This document shows positions 9,167 through 17,642 of a stretch of 64,000 nt of DNA, piece after piece. How positions within the stretch are numbered: the first letter of the stretch is position 1; each line of letters starts with the position of its first letter. The position numbers and the translations under genes were made by a program. This DNA comes from Spirochaetales bacterium (GTDB lineage: Bacteria; Spirochaetota; Spirochaetia; JABEVK01), in the NCBI GenBank assembly GCA_037142615.1, contig JBAXAI010000002.1, positions 128,001-192,000 of the forward strand. The letters are read 5' to 3'. The notes under the pieces are model-generated. The model saw only the letters and a program-made list of their open reading frames with translations. It had not been told where the DNA came from and ran no database searches.

Positions 9167-10113
9167 AGACGGTCAGCTTCAACGACCAAAAAATCGTTCT
9201 CAAGAACAATCTTGTCGAGTCAGACATTCTCCCCGGGGCAATGAAAGACCTCGGCCGCGACATCACCGTGGACGGCGAAACTGTTGTCCAAGGCGCCATC
9301 TTCGCGCGCAATCTTCAAGTGAACCACGGACCGCTCAAGGTCGAGGGGGCCGTTTTCGTCAACAAGGAATTGCACGTCAATACCGACTGCACTGGGACCT
9401 TGACGTTTCGCAAGGCCGTGGGTTCCAGCGAGGCTATCAGTTGTCTTTTGGCCAAATCGAGGGCCTATTTCCTGAGCGATGTCAGCGGAAAGAAAATCAC
9501 ACTTCGCAATTGTTTTGTCTCGGGAAGCGTCCTCGCCGACGAGATTGATCTCGAGAATTGTGTTGTCGCAGGCGGGGCTTTTGCCACCAAAAAGCTCTCG
9601 CTCAAAAACTGCGTGCTGGGAACGTTCAACGCCACCTCGGTTCTGGTGACCGGCGTGAACTACCTGCTTATGCCCAGCGCGTTCAGCGTCGAGGCCTTGG
9701 TGAACAGCGGCAAGGCTGAGTTCTGGAACCTTACCACACTCGACTTGTCGGCGCTGGTTTTCGGCCAGGCCAACCCCGAAGGGTCGGGAAAGGTGGCCAT
9801 GAACTTCGAGAGCGACAGCCTTCCTATCAGCCTTTTCGATGCACAAGACAACAAGACCATGGTCCGCTCGTTCTCGATCGCGGGGAAAGTGATGATGGCC
9901 GATGTGTTGAAGCTCGAAGACCTCGAGAACCACTTCATCCTTCGGTCGGCAACGTTGGCAGGTCATCTGGAGAAAACCTACCGCACCAGCGTAGGCGAAC
10001 TCGACCCGGTCAAAATCGCTGACAGCCTGTTTACTCTCCTTGAAGGAAAGGCACTGATACCCGAGGTGAAGCGAACTGTCAGTCTCGACGACCTGCGGGC
10101 CCTGTCAGTCTGA
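9154..10113 (+). CDS. Hypothetical beta-helix protein (bactofilin/polymer-forming-like)
   Basis: AGAGGA RBS before ATG 9154; repeated VxGxxxxxGxIxA-type short beta strands (ITVDGETVVQGAIFA, LKVEGAVFV, FVSGSVLA, VVAGGAFA). Confidence 0.7.
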   Translation: MDKLKTVSFNDQKIVLKNNLVESDILPGAMKDLGRDITVDGETVVQGAIFARNLQVNHGPLKVEGAVFVNKELHVNTDCTGTLTFRKAVGSSEAISCLLAKSRAYFLSDVSGKKITLRNCFVSGSVLADEIDLENCVVAGGAFATKKLSLKNCVLGTFNATSVLVTGVNYLLMPSAFSVEALVNSGKAEFWNLTTLDLSALVFGQANPEGSGKVAMNFESDSLPISLFDAQDNKTMVRSFSIAGKVMMADVLKLEDLENHFILRSATLAGHLEKTYRTSVGELDPVKIADSLFTLLEGKALIPEVKRTVSLDDLRALSV

Positions 10114-10579
10114 GAACTGCCAAGCCAGCTTCGAGCCGCTCTCGGGCCTCCGCCTTGCGGTCGCTCGCGAGTTGCTCGAACACATCGATCAACTCGTCGA
10201 GCGCACGCTCGATCTCGGAGCTGGTATTTCCCGCCGCCAACGCCCCTTGCAAGGCTGCGGTCAGGGCCTCGGCGTAGCGGAGCTGAAAGTCGGTCTCGGA
10301 GCCCGGGGACGCCTGAGCCCAAAGCAGGTTCAGTTGCTCGAGCCGCTGGCGAAAGGCACCCGAAGGAAACTCGCTGATCAGTCGCTGGTAGTCGCGAAGG
10401 TCTGGCGCTTCGGCAGGCCTTGTGGCCCCGGGTCGCAACCCCCGGTTCACCAGAAGCCCCAGCGCGGCGCCCGCTGGCAGAGCCAGCCAGGAGCTTAGTC
10501 CCAGAAAAAGGCCTAGCAAGGCCGCGCCCCCCAGGCCGACGACAAACGCGATGATGATCCGGTCCGACGCTTTCATCAC
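10079..10579 (-). CDS. XpaC-like (5-bromo-4-chloroindolyl phosphate hydrolysis family) membrane protein
   Basis: Two N-terminal TM helices; C-terminal IERALDELIDVFEQL...LEAGLAVL resembles the XpaC C-terminus (by eye). Confidence 0.55.
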   Translation of the reverse strand: MMKASDRIIIAFVVGLGGAALLGLFLGLSSWLALPAGAALGLLVNRGLRPGATRPAEAPDLRDYQRLISEFPSGAFRQRLEQLNLLWAQASPGSETDFQLRYAEALTAALQGALAAGNTSSEIERALDELIDVFEQLASDRKAEARERLEAGLAVLRLTGPAGRRD

Positions 10580-10707
10580 CCTATTGTAAGTTCAATCGCA
10601 ACTGTGTCCAAGGGCTGGGTGCGCCCCGTCAGTTCGACCCCGTCTACCGGCAGTTCACCACGAACAATCCCTGAATCTGCCCAAAATGGGCATCGTGTCC
10701 GCAGCGT

Positions 10708-11541
10708 CTACTTCTTTTTAGGCGCCTTTGCCGGGACGAGCGCCGCACGCAGCGCCTCCGCGTTGCGGGCATGGAACTCAAGCAGAAGCTGCTGAACGTC
10801 GCTGAACCATTTCTTCTGGACAGTGCACGCGGGGACCCCGAGATAGCGGAAGTGCCAGGGCTCATATTGGTAACCGGTGACCGCCTCCCCTCCGTTGGGG
10901 TAACTCATCGACAGCCCGTACTCCCCGGCGTGTTCGGCCATCCACTTGCCTTCGGGCGTGTCGGCAAACTCGGGCGTGATGCTGCCAAAGTCGACCACGG
11001 TGCCCAACTGATGTTGGCTGTGGCCAGCCCGGGCCGAGTACCGGTCGGCGGTCGCCACGCCGTCCTTTTGCACGTACGAAGTAAACAGGTCACGCTGGTA
11101 GATCCAGCTGCGGTACGCCGACGAGAACACCAGGTTGAGTCCGGCTTTTTTGGCGGCCTTGCTCAGAGTTTGCAGGGCGGGCACGTAGGCCTTGCGGAAC
11201 TTCAGGTCGCTGCGGTTCAGCGGAAGGCTGTAGTTCTTGAGCAGCACCAGGTCTTTTGGCTCGTAGTCGTTGGCAAGCGAGGTCTTTTTATCGACGAGAA
11301 CCAGTTGGTCGGCGGGCGCGGTGAGCAGGGGAAGGTAGTCCTTCAGGAACCCGGCCGGGTCCGCCAGGATGGTGGCGCGAGCGGGCTCGGGTACGGCCTC
11401 GACCAAGGGGGCAAAGGTCGTCACTGTGAAGGTAAACAGCGGTGACACAAGAGGTTGTGCCGTTGCAGCAGCCGGAAGGGCAGCCAGGACCCCGAACAAG
11501 ACGGCGGCCGGCAGAACGGAACCACCAACGCGACGCCTCAC
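10708..11541 (-). CDS. D-alanyl-D-alanine carboxypeptidase, M15B/VanY family
   Basis: SAYRS, SARAGHSQHQLG..D and YEPWHFRY motifs; signal peptide. Confidence 0.92.
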   Translation of the reverse strand: MRRRVGGSVLPAAVLFGVLAALPAAATAQPLVSPLFTFTVTTFAPLVEAVPEPARATILADPAGFLKDYLPLLTAPADQLVLVDKKTSLANDYEPKDLVLLKNYSLPLNRSDLKFRKAYVPALQTLSKAAKKAGLNLVFSSAYRSWIYQRDLFTSYVQKDGVATADRYSARAGHSQHQLGTVVDFGSITPEFADTPEGKWMAEHAGEYGLSMSYPNGGEAVTGYQYEPWHFRYLGVPACTVQKKWFSDVQQLLLEFHARNAEALRAALVPAKAPKKK

Positions 11542-13979
11542 TCCCAGTCCGCCTTGGGGGCCTTCAGGGGCCGGGGAGGGCGTGGTGGCAATTTGCGCTC
11601 ACCGGGTTTGAGCCCGAGCAGAATCTCGATCACCGAGTCCATGCGGTCGACCAGGTGGAACTCGAGCCCCTTGCGGATGTAGGCGGGAATCTCTTCCCAG
11701 TCCTTGAGGTTGCTTTGGGGGAAGATGACGGTCTTGATGCCGGTTCGACGCGCCGCGATCACCTTTTCTTTGAGGCCGCCGATGGGCATCACCTTGCCGG
11801 TCAGGCTCAGCTCGCCGGTCATCGCGTGGCTCTTCTTCACTACCTTGCCGATGGCCAAGCTGGTGAGCGCGGCCGCCATGGTCACACCGGCGCTCGGGCC
11901 GTCTTTGGGCGTGGCACCCTCGGGGATGTGCAGGTGCACCAAGTACTTATCAAAGAAGCTCTCGGGAATGCCGTAGTCGGCCGTGTGGCTGTGAACCCAC
12001 GTGTAGGCAATCTGCGCGCTCTCTTTCATGACCTCGCCCATGCGGCCGGTGAGCTTGATGCCGCCTTTGCCTTCGGTTCTCACGGCCTCGATGACCAGCA
12101 CAGCGCCGCCCATGTTGGTCCACGCGAGGCCCAGCACCATGCCCGGAAGCACGGGCGGCAGGTCTTCTTCCTCGGGAAAGTAGGGTTTTCCCAAGAAGGC
12201 GTTCAGGTCGGCGGTATCGACAGGGAAAGGCGGCTCAAGGCCTTCGACCACCACCTTGAGCGCCAGCTTGCGGTGGATCTTGTCGAGCGACTTTTCGTAG
12301 TTGCGCATGCCCGACTCGCGGGCGTAGCGGCGGCCGATCTCGGCCAGCGCTTTCTTGGTGTACTTGACGCTTCCCTTGGGCAAACCAGCGGCAGCGGCGC
12401 TCTTGGGCACGAGGTACTTTTGCGCGATGGCGACCTTTTCCTCTTCGATGTAGCCCGACAGCCTTATGACCTCCATGCGGTCCAACAGGGGCTTGGGGAT
12501 GCTGTCGAGGCTGTTGGCCGTGCAGATGAACAGGATCTGCCCCAAGTCGAAAGGAAGGTCGAGGTAGTGGTCGCGAAAGGCGACATTTTGTTCCGGGTCA
12601 AGGACTTCCAACAGCGCGCTGGAGGGGTCTCCCTGGTAGCTGGTGCCGAGTTTGTCGATCTCGTCGATCATGAACACCGGATTTTTTTTGCCGGCAATCT
12701 TGAGTCCCTGAAGCACCTTGCCCGGCATGGCGCCCACGTAGGTGCGCCGGTGCCCCTTGATTTCGGCCTCGTCGCGCATGCCTCCTACCGAAAAGCGAAA
12801 GAACGGACGTCCAAGGGCCTTGGCAATGCTCTTTCCGATGCTGGTTTTGCCAACGCCGGGAGGGCCCATGAGCAGCACAATGCTTCCCTTGTTGTCGTGC
12901 TTGAGCTTGCGCACCGCCAGAAACTCGAGCACCCGCCCCTTGACGTCTTCGAGCCCATAGTGGTCGGCCTCGAGGATTTTTTTGGCACGGGCCATGTCGA
13001 TCTCGTCGGTCTTCTCGTCGTTCCAGGGTAAGGCGCAGATCGTCTCGAGGTAGTTGCGGGTCACGAAGAACTCGCTGCTGTTGGGGTCCATTTGAGCGAA
13101 CTTTTCGAGCTCGGTTGCCGTGGACTCGCGGGTTTCACCGGTGAGATGGTAGCTGTCGATTTTTTCGCGGAACCGGGCCAGATCCTGGCTCTTGGGATCG
13201 GTGGTGATGCCGAGCTCTTTCTGGATGGCCTTGAGCTCCTCGCGAAGGAAAAACTCGCGCTGGTTCTTTTCAATCTTCTCGTTGATCTGTTTGCTGATGC
13301 GCTTCTGGATGCGCAGCAGTTCCTGCTCCTTCTTGATATGGACGAGCACCTGCTGCATCCGCTCGCGCAGGTCGATGGTTTCGAGCAGTTTCTGCTGGCC
13401 CTCGCGGGGAATGTTCATGATGCTGGCCACAAAGTCGGCGAGCTTGCCGGGTTGGTCGATGTTGACCATGTTGAGCCGCACTTCCTCGCTGAACAGGGGG
13501 TTGTTCTCGCTGAGGGTTTTCATCTCGCTGAAAATACTCCGGGTGAGGGCCTTGATTTCCTGGGCGCTGGCGGTGCCGGTGTCGTCGTCCAGGTATTCGA
13601 CGGCGGCCGTCCGCCAGGGGCTGTCGGACAACATCTTCTTCACCTCAAAGCGTTTGATGGTGCTGACGAAGATGCTGAGCCCACCATCGGGCAGGTGGAT
13701 CTTCTTGAGGATCTTGGCCGCCGTGCCCACCTTGAAAAAGCGGTCGGCCGAGGGCGGGGCGTCGTCTTCCGACTCCTCGATGAGCAGCAACAGTCCGATC
13801 ACCTTGGTGGTGGCCATCGCGTCTTCAATCACGGCGACGTCGTCTTTGTCGGTGATCATCAGCGGGGTGAAAATACCCGGAAAAATGGGACGGCTTTCGA
13901 GCGGAATGAGCGAGATCTTGCTGGGAAGCACCTTATCGGCCGGTACTGGCAGGGGAGGGTCAAGGAGAGGGTCAGACAT
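11538..13979 (-). CDS. lon: ATP-dependent protease La (Lon)
   Basis: GPPGVGKTS Walker A, IDEIDK, PKDGPSAG catalytic Ser, PIGGLKEK; start placed at ATG 13979. Confidence 0.97.
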   Translation of the reverse strand: MSDPLLDPPLPVPADKVLPSKISLIPLESRPIFPGIFTPLMITDKDDVAVIEDAMATTKVIGLLLLIEESEDDAPPSADRFFKVGTAAKILKKIHLPDGGLSIFVSTIKRFEVKKMLSDSPWRTAAVEYLDDDTGTASAQEIKALTRSIFSEMKTLSENNPLFSEEVRLNMVNIDQPGKLADFVASIMNIPREGQQKLLETIDLRERMQQVLVHIKKEQELLRIQKRISKQINEKIEKNQREFFLREELKAIQKELGITTDPKSQDLARFREKIDSYHLTGETRESTATELEKFAQMDPNSSEFFVTRNYLETICALPWNDEKTDEIDMARAKKILEADHYGLEDVKGRVLEFLAVRKLKHDNKGSIVLLMGPPGVGKTSIGKSIAKALGRPFFRFSVGGMRDEAEIKGHRRTYVGAMPGKVLQGLKIAGKKNPVFMIDEIDKLGTSYQGDPSSALLEVLDPEQNVAFRDHYLDLPFDLGQILFICTANSLDSIPKPLLDRMEVIRLSGYIEEEKVAIAQKYLVPKSAAAAGLPKGSVKYTKKALAEIGRRYARESGMRNYEKSLDKIHRKLALKVVVEGLEPPFPVDTADLNAFLGKPYFPEEEDLPPVLPGMVLGLAWTNMGGAVLVIEAVRTEGKGGIKLTGRMGEVMKESAQIAYTWVHSHTADYGIPESFFDKYLVHLHIPEGATPKDGPSAGVTMAAALTSLAIGKVVKKSHAMTGELSLTGKVMPIGGLKEKVIAARRTGIKTVIFPQSNLKDWEEIPAYIRKGLEFHLVDRMDSVIEILLGLKPGERKLPPRPPRPLKAPKADWE

Positions 13980-14064
13980 ACGGGTGAATTTAGGGATTTT
14001 GGAGCCCCTTGGCAATGGGCTCCGCGTTCTGTGCAGAAGCTCGGGCTTCTGGTATTGTGGCCCC

Positions 14065-15270
14065 ATGCCCGTTCCCCGCTTCCACTGGGTTCTTTTCGCT
14101 GCGTCGTTCCTGCTGCAGTTGGCCTGCGGCATGGAGAACTACGCCCTGATCTTCTACGTCCGCGACCTGTTTGGCGCCGACAAGACCGCCGTGGGCTGGA
14201 TCTCGGGGGGGCTCGACCTGGCGTACCTGTTCGGCCTGTTGGCCTTTTTGCGCTGGAGGGCCCCGCACCCCCGCAAGGTCCTGTGGCTATCGACGTGGTC
14301 GATGGCCCTTACCATCGCCGTGTACCTGGTGGTCCCCAACTGGACGGTCACGTTTGTGTTCCACGCGCTGTTCGGCCTGGCCATGGCGCTGTTTTGGCCC
14401 CGCGTGATGGGCTGGCTGAGCTGGGGGGTGGAAGGGTCTTCGCTGACGCGAACCATGGGTCTGTTCAACATCAGTTGGTCGCTGGGAGCCATTTTGTCAC
14501 CGTGGCTGGGCGGGCTACTGGTCGAGCTGGGCCCGCGCTGGCCCTTTGTCGTGGCGGTGGTCTTGCTGCTGCTCACGGGCTTGCTCATGCCGATCGGCAG
14601 TCGGCTTTTTCCTGCCATGCGGGCTCCCGCCCAAGCGCCTGCCTCGGCCCATGCCGGTGGTGCTCCGGTTGGTGCTCCCCTGGACCCTTCGTCGCGTCCT
14701 TCGCCGCTGCGTTACGCAGCCCGGCTCGGCATTGGCGCCACGTACTTTCTCAGTGGTTCACTTCTGTTCATTTTTCCCGCCTGGGCGCAGGACACCCTGG
14801 GTTTTTCGGAGTCCACCTCGGGCGGGCTCTTGCTGGTACGGATGGCGGTGGCCTCGCTGGGCTTCAGCCTGTGGGGACGCTTGAGCTTTTGGCATCACAA
14901 GTTCTGGCCCTTGGCTACCGGCATGGGGCTGCTGATCGTCCTTACACTTCTGTTTCCGCTGGGAACGTCGTTGTGGGAGTTTACCTTGCTGTTCGCCGCT
15001 TCGGGTTTCCTGTTCAGCTTCTTGTACAGCACCACGCTGTTCCATGGCGTGTCGGGCAGCGTTCACCGCGAACGGTCCACAACCCTGCACGAAGCGATGA
15101 TCAACATCGGCCTGTTTCTCGGCACGGTCGCCGGCGGTTGGGTGAGCCAGACCTGGACCATGGGCACGGCGTTTGTGCTGTGCGCGGCCGTGCTGGCCGG
15201 CCTGTTGGGGTTGCAGGGACTGATGTACAAGGCTACGCTGAACCATGCTCGAAATCACGGCCCAACATAG
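14065..15270 (+). CDS. MFS transporter
   Basis: About 12 TM helices starting at MPVPRFHW; divergent from lon. Confidence 0.85.
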   Translation: MPVPRFHWVLFAASFLLQLACGMENYALIFYVRDLFGADKTAVGWISGGLDLAYLFGLLAFLRWRAPHPRKVLWLSTWSMALTIAVYLVVPNWTVTFVFHALFGLAMALFWPRVMGWLSWGVEGSSLTRTMGLFNISWSLGAILSPWLGGLLVELGPRWPFVVAVVLLLLTGLLMPIGSRLFPAMRAPAQAPASAHAGGAPVGAPLDPSSRPSPLRYAARLGIGATYFLSGSLLFIFPAWAQDTLGFSESTSGGLLLVRMAVASLGFSLWGRLSFWHHKFWPLATGMGLLIVLTLLFPLGTSLWEFTLLFAASGFLFSFLYSTTLFHGVSGSVHRERSTTLHEAMINIGLFLGTVAGGWVSQTWTMGTAFVLCAAVLAGLLGLQGLMYKATLNHARNHGPT

Positions 15271-15538
15271 CAGTTCCCGAGGTTCCTTCGTCGCCACGCT
15301 GGAGGGCCAGGTCATCGGCCGTGTCGACTACGTGCGCTTGGGGACGGAAGCCGAGCCGGGCACTTTCGACCTGATCCACACGGGTGTCGAGCCGGCTCAC
15401 GAGGGCAAGGGGTATGGCCGTCAGTTGGTGCACGCCGCCGCCGAGTGGGCCGAGGCCCAGGGCCACACGCTGGTCGCCAGTTGCCCGTACGCGGCCAAGA
15501 TCCTGGAACGCAGATCGCGCGCGCCGCGCCCCGAATGA
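15245..15538 (+). CDS. Small GNAT N-acetyltransferase (YjdJ/Acetyltransf_CG-like)
   Basis: HTGVEPAHEGKGYGRQLV and CPYA motifs. Confidence 0.85.
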   Translation: MLEITAQHSSSRGSFVATLEGQVIGRVDYVRLGTEAEPGTFDLIHTGVEPAHEGKGYGRQLVHAAAEWAEAQGHTLVASCPYAAKILERRSRAPRPE

Positions 15539-16296
15539 GCCGCGACTACACCTTCGAAGCCCTGGTGCTTCGCCGTTTTCCTGTCGGCGAAGCGCACCGC
15601 TCGGTGACGTTTCTCACCCGCGAACGGGGTCTGCTGTCGGCCATCGCCCACGGCGCCGCCAAAAGTACCGGCCGCCTCAAGCTGCTCACCACGCCCCTGC
15701 GCCACGTGCGCCTCAAGGCGTATCACGATCCTGTGGCCGACAGTTGGAAGGTGGTCGATCTCGAGGGTTTGAACCTGCTCGGCGGGCTGGGCGAGGTGCT
15801 CGAGCGAAGCGCCACCGCGAGCTTTTGGACAGAACTTCTGTTGGCCAGCTGGGAATCGGGAGGGGTGTTCGACTTGTTCGCCGAAGCCTTGAGCCTGCTC
15901 GACACCGCCCCGGCCCACACCATCACGTGGCTCGATGCCCAGGTGCTGTGGCGAGCCCTCGACACGGCGGGGCTCATGCCCGACTTTTCTCGTTGTTCGC
16001 AGTGCGGCGAACCTCTGGCCGGCCAAAGGGTGCGGCTGTCGGGCGAGTCTGGTGACCCGCTGTGTCCGGCCTGCGGGGGTGCTCGCGGCCGCACCGAGGC
16101 AGGGCTTTCGCCGCAGGCCCTCGACACCCTGCTCGCGACGCTTGTTTTTCCTCTCGGGGAGGCACTCGCGGCGCCTGCTTCAACCGACGACGCAGACCAC
16201 CTCGAGCGCGAGGGCGTCCGGGCTTGGGAGCGGGCGCTCGGGCGCTCGTTCCGCTCTTTGCGGTTGACCAGAGTTCCACCGCCGCCCCATACTTGA
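15535..16296 (+). CDS. recO: DNA repair protein RecO
   Basis: EALVLRRFPVGEAHRSVTFLT...AIAHGAAKS; CxxC...CxxC zinc finger. Confidence 0.9.
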   Translation: MSRDYTFEALVLRRFPVGEAHRSVTFLTRERGLLSAIAHGAAKSTGRLKLLTTPLRHVRLKAYHDPVADSWKVVDLEGLNLLGGLGEVLERSATASFWTELLLASWESGGVFDLFAEALSLLDTAPAHTITWLDAQVLWRALDTAGLMPDFSRCSQCGEPLAGQRVRLSGESGDPLCPACGGARGRTEAGLSPQALDTLLATLVFPLGEALAAPASTDDADHLEREGVRAWERALGRSFRSLRLTRVPPPPHT

Positions 16297-16316
16297 CCGA
16301 TTGTAGGAGGTGGCTT

Positions 16317-17642
16317 ATGCGCGCTGTCGAATTGATCATGGACAAAAGATCGGGGGTCGAACTGAACGAGGCCCAGATCCGTTTCCTCGTTCAGGGCTAC
16401 ACCAAGGGCGAGATTCCCGACTACCAGATGTCGGCCTGGCTCATGGCCGTTTTTTTTCGAGGCATGACCTTCCGCGAGACCGGCTACCTCACCAGGGCAA
16501 TGATCGACAGCGGCGAAGTCCTTCCGCTCGAGGGAATTGCCGGTCCCTTGGTCGACAAGCATTCCACCGGCGGCGTCGGCGACAAGATCAGCCTGATGCT
16601 GGCCCCCTTGGCGGCCGCCTGCGGTCTGCGCGTGCCCATGATGTCGGGCCGGGCCTTGGGGCACACCGGCGGCACGCTCGACAAACTCGACGCCATCCCC
16701 GGCTTTTCGACCCGCCTGAACAACGAGCAGATCCGCCGCGCCCTGCTTGAGGTCGGGTATTTCATGACCGGGCAGAGCGAGGCTGTGGTGCCCGCCGACC
16801 GGTTGATGTACGGCCTGCGCGACGTGACGGCCACCGTTGAGTCGGTTCCGCTGATTACCGCCAGCATTTTGAGCAAAAAGTTCGCCGAAGGGGCCCAGGC
16901 GCTGCTGTTCGACGTGAAGTCGGGTCGGGGCGCGTTCATGAAGACCACCGAAGAGGCGCAGAACCTCGCCGAGAGCCTGGTGAAGACGGCGCAGAGCTTG
17001 GGCCGCAAGGCTGTGGCCCTGCTGACCAACATGGAACAACCGCTGGGTCGCATGACCGGCAACTTCCTCGAAGTCGAAGAGGCCGTGCTGTTCTTGCGGG
17101 GCGAGGGGTACGGCGGCAAACCGGCCGACGACCTGATGTCGCTCACCCTGCGGCAGGTGGCCTGGATGCTGGTCGCCGGAGGGCTCGTCAAGTCGGTGGA
17201 AGAAGGCGAGAGGCTGGCCAAGGCCCGCCTCGACGATGGTTCGGCCCTCAAACTGTGGGAAAAGAACGTGGCCTTCCAAGGTGGCGATGTCGCGGCCCTC
17301 AACGCGCAGTTGGGCAAACGCCGCGCCAAGTTTCACGCCGAGCTCCGGGCCGACCAAAACGGCTACCACGGCGGCTGGGACGCGCTGACCTGCGGGCTGG
17401 CCGCGACCGCACTCGGCGCCGGCCGCAGCACCAAGGCCGACCTTGTGTTGCCCGATGTGGGGCTCGAGTTCCACAAAAAGCAGGGCGATTCGGTGAAGAA
17501 CGGCGAAATTCTGCTCACAGTCTGGGCCGATAGTGAAGCAAAACGCGACGAAACGCTGTCTCGGTTGTCACAGGCCTGGTCCATCGTCCCCCAGCCCCCC
17601 GTGGCTGCCCCGCTTTTGATGGGAGAGGTCACCGCCCTGTGA
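16317..17642 (+). CDS. pdp: Thymidine/pyrimidine-nucleoside phosphorylase
   Basis: DKHSTGGVGDK and SGRALGHTGGTLDKL signature. Confidence 0.93.
   Translation: MRAVELIMDKRSGVELNEAQIRFLVQGYTKGEIPDYQMSAWLMAVFFRGMTFRETGYLTRAMIDSGEVLPLEGIAGPLVDKHSTGGVGDKISLMLAPLAAACGLRVPMMSGRALGHTGGTLDKLDAIPGFSTRLNNEQIRRALLEVGYFMTGQSEAVVPADRLMYGLRDVTATVESVPLITASILSKKFAEGAQALLFDVKSGRGAFMKTTEEAQNLAESLVKTAQSLGRKAVALLTNMEQPLGRMTGNFLEVEEAVLFLRGEGYGGKPADDLMSLTLRQVAWMLVAGGLVKSVEEGERLAKARLDDGSALKLWEKNVAFQGGDVAALNAQLGKRRAKFHAELRADQNGYHGGWDALTCGLAATALGAGRSTKADLVLPDVGLEFHKKQGDSVKNGEILLTVWADSEAKRDETLSRLSQAWSIVPQPPVAAPLLMGEVTAL

Noticed and set aside
12682-12689. A8 run inside lon as a slippage site
   Set aside because: The reading frame is intact through it (KKNP) and the protein is full length
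13192-14132. Long N-terminal extensions of lon (to 14132) and the MFS gene (from 13192); similarly insulinase from 21067 and rnz from 39809
   Set aside because: The extensions overlap other genes or structured DNA; internal starts give normal-length proteins
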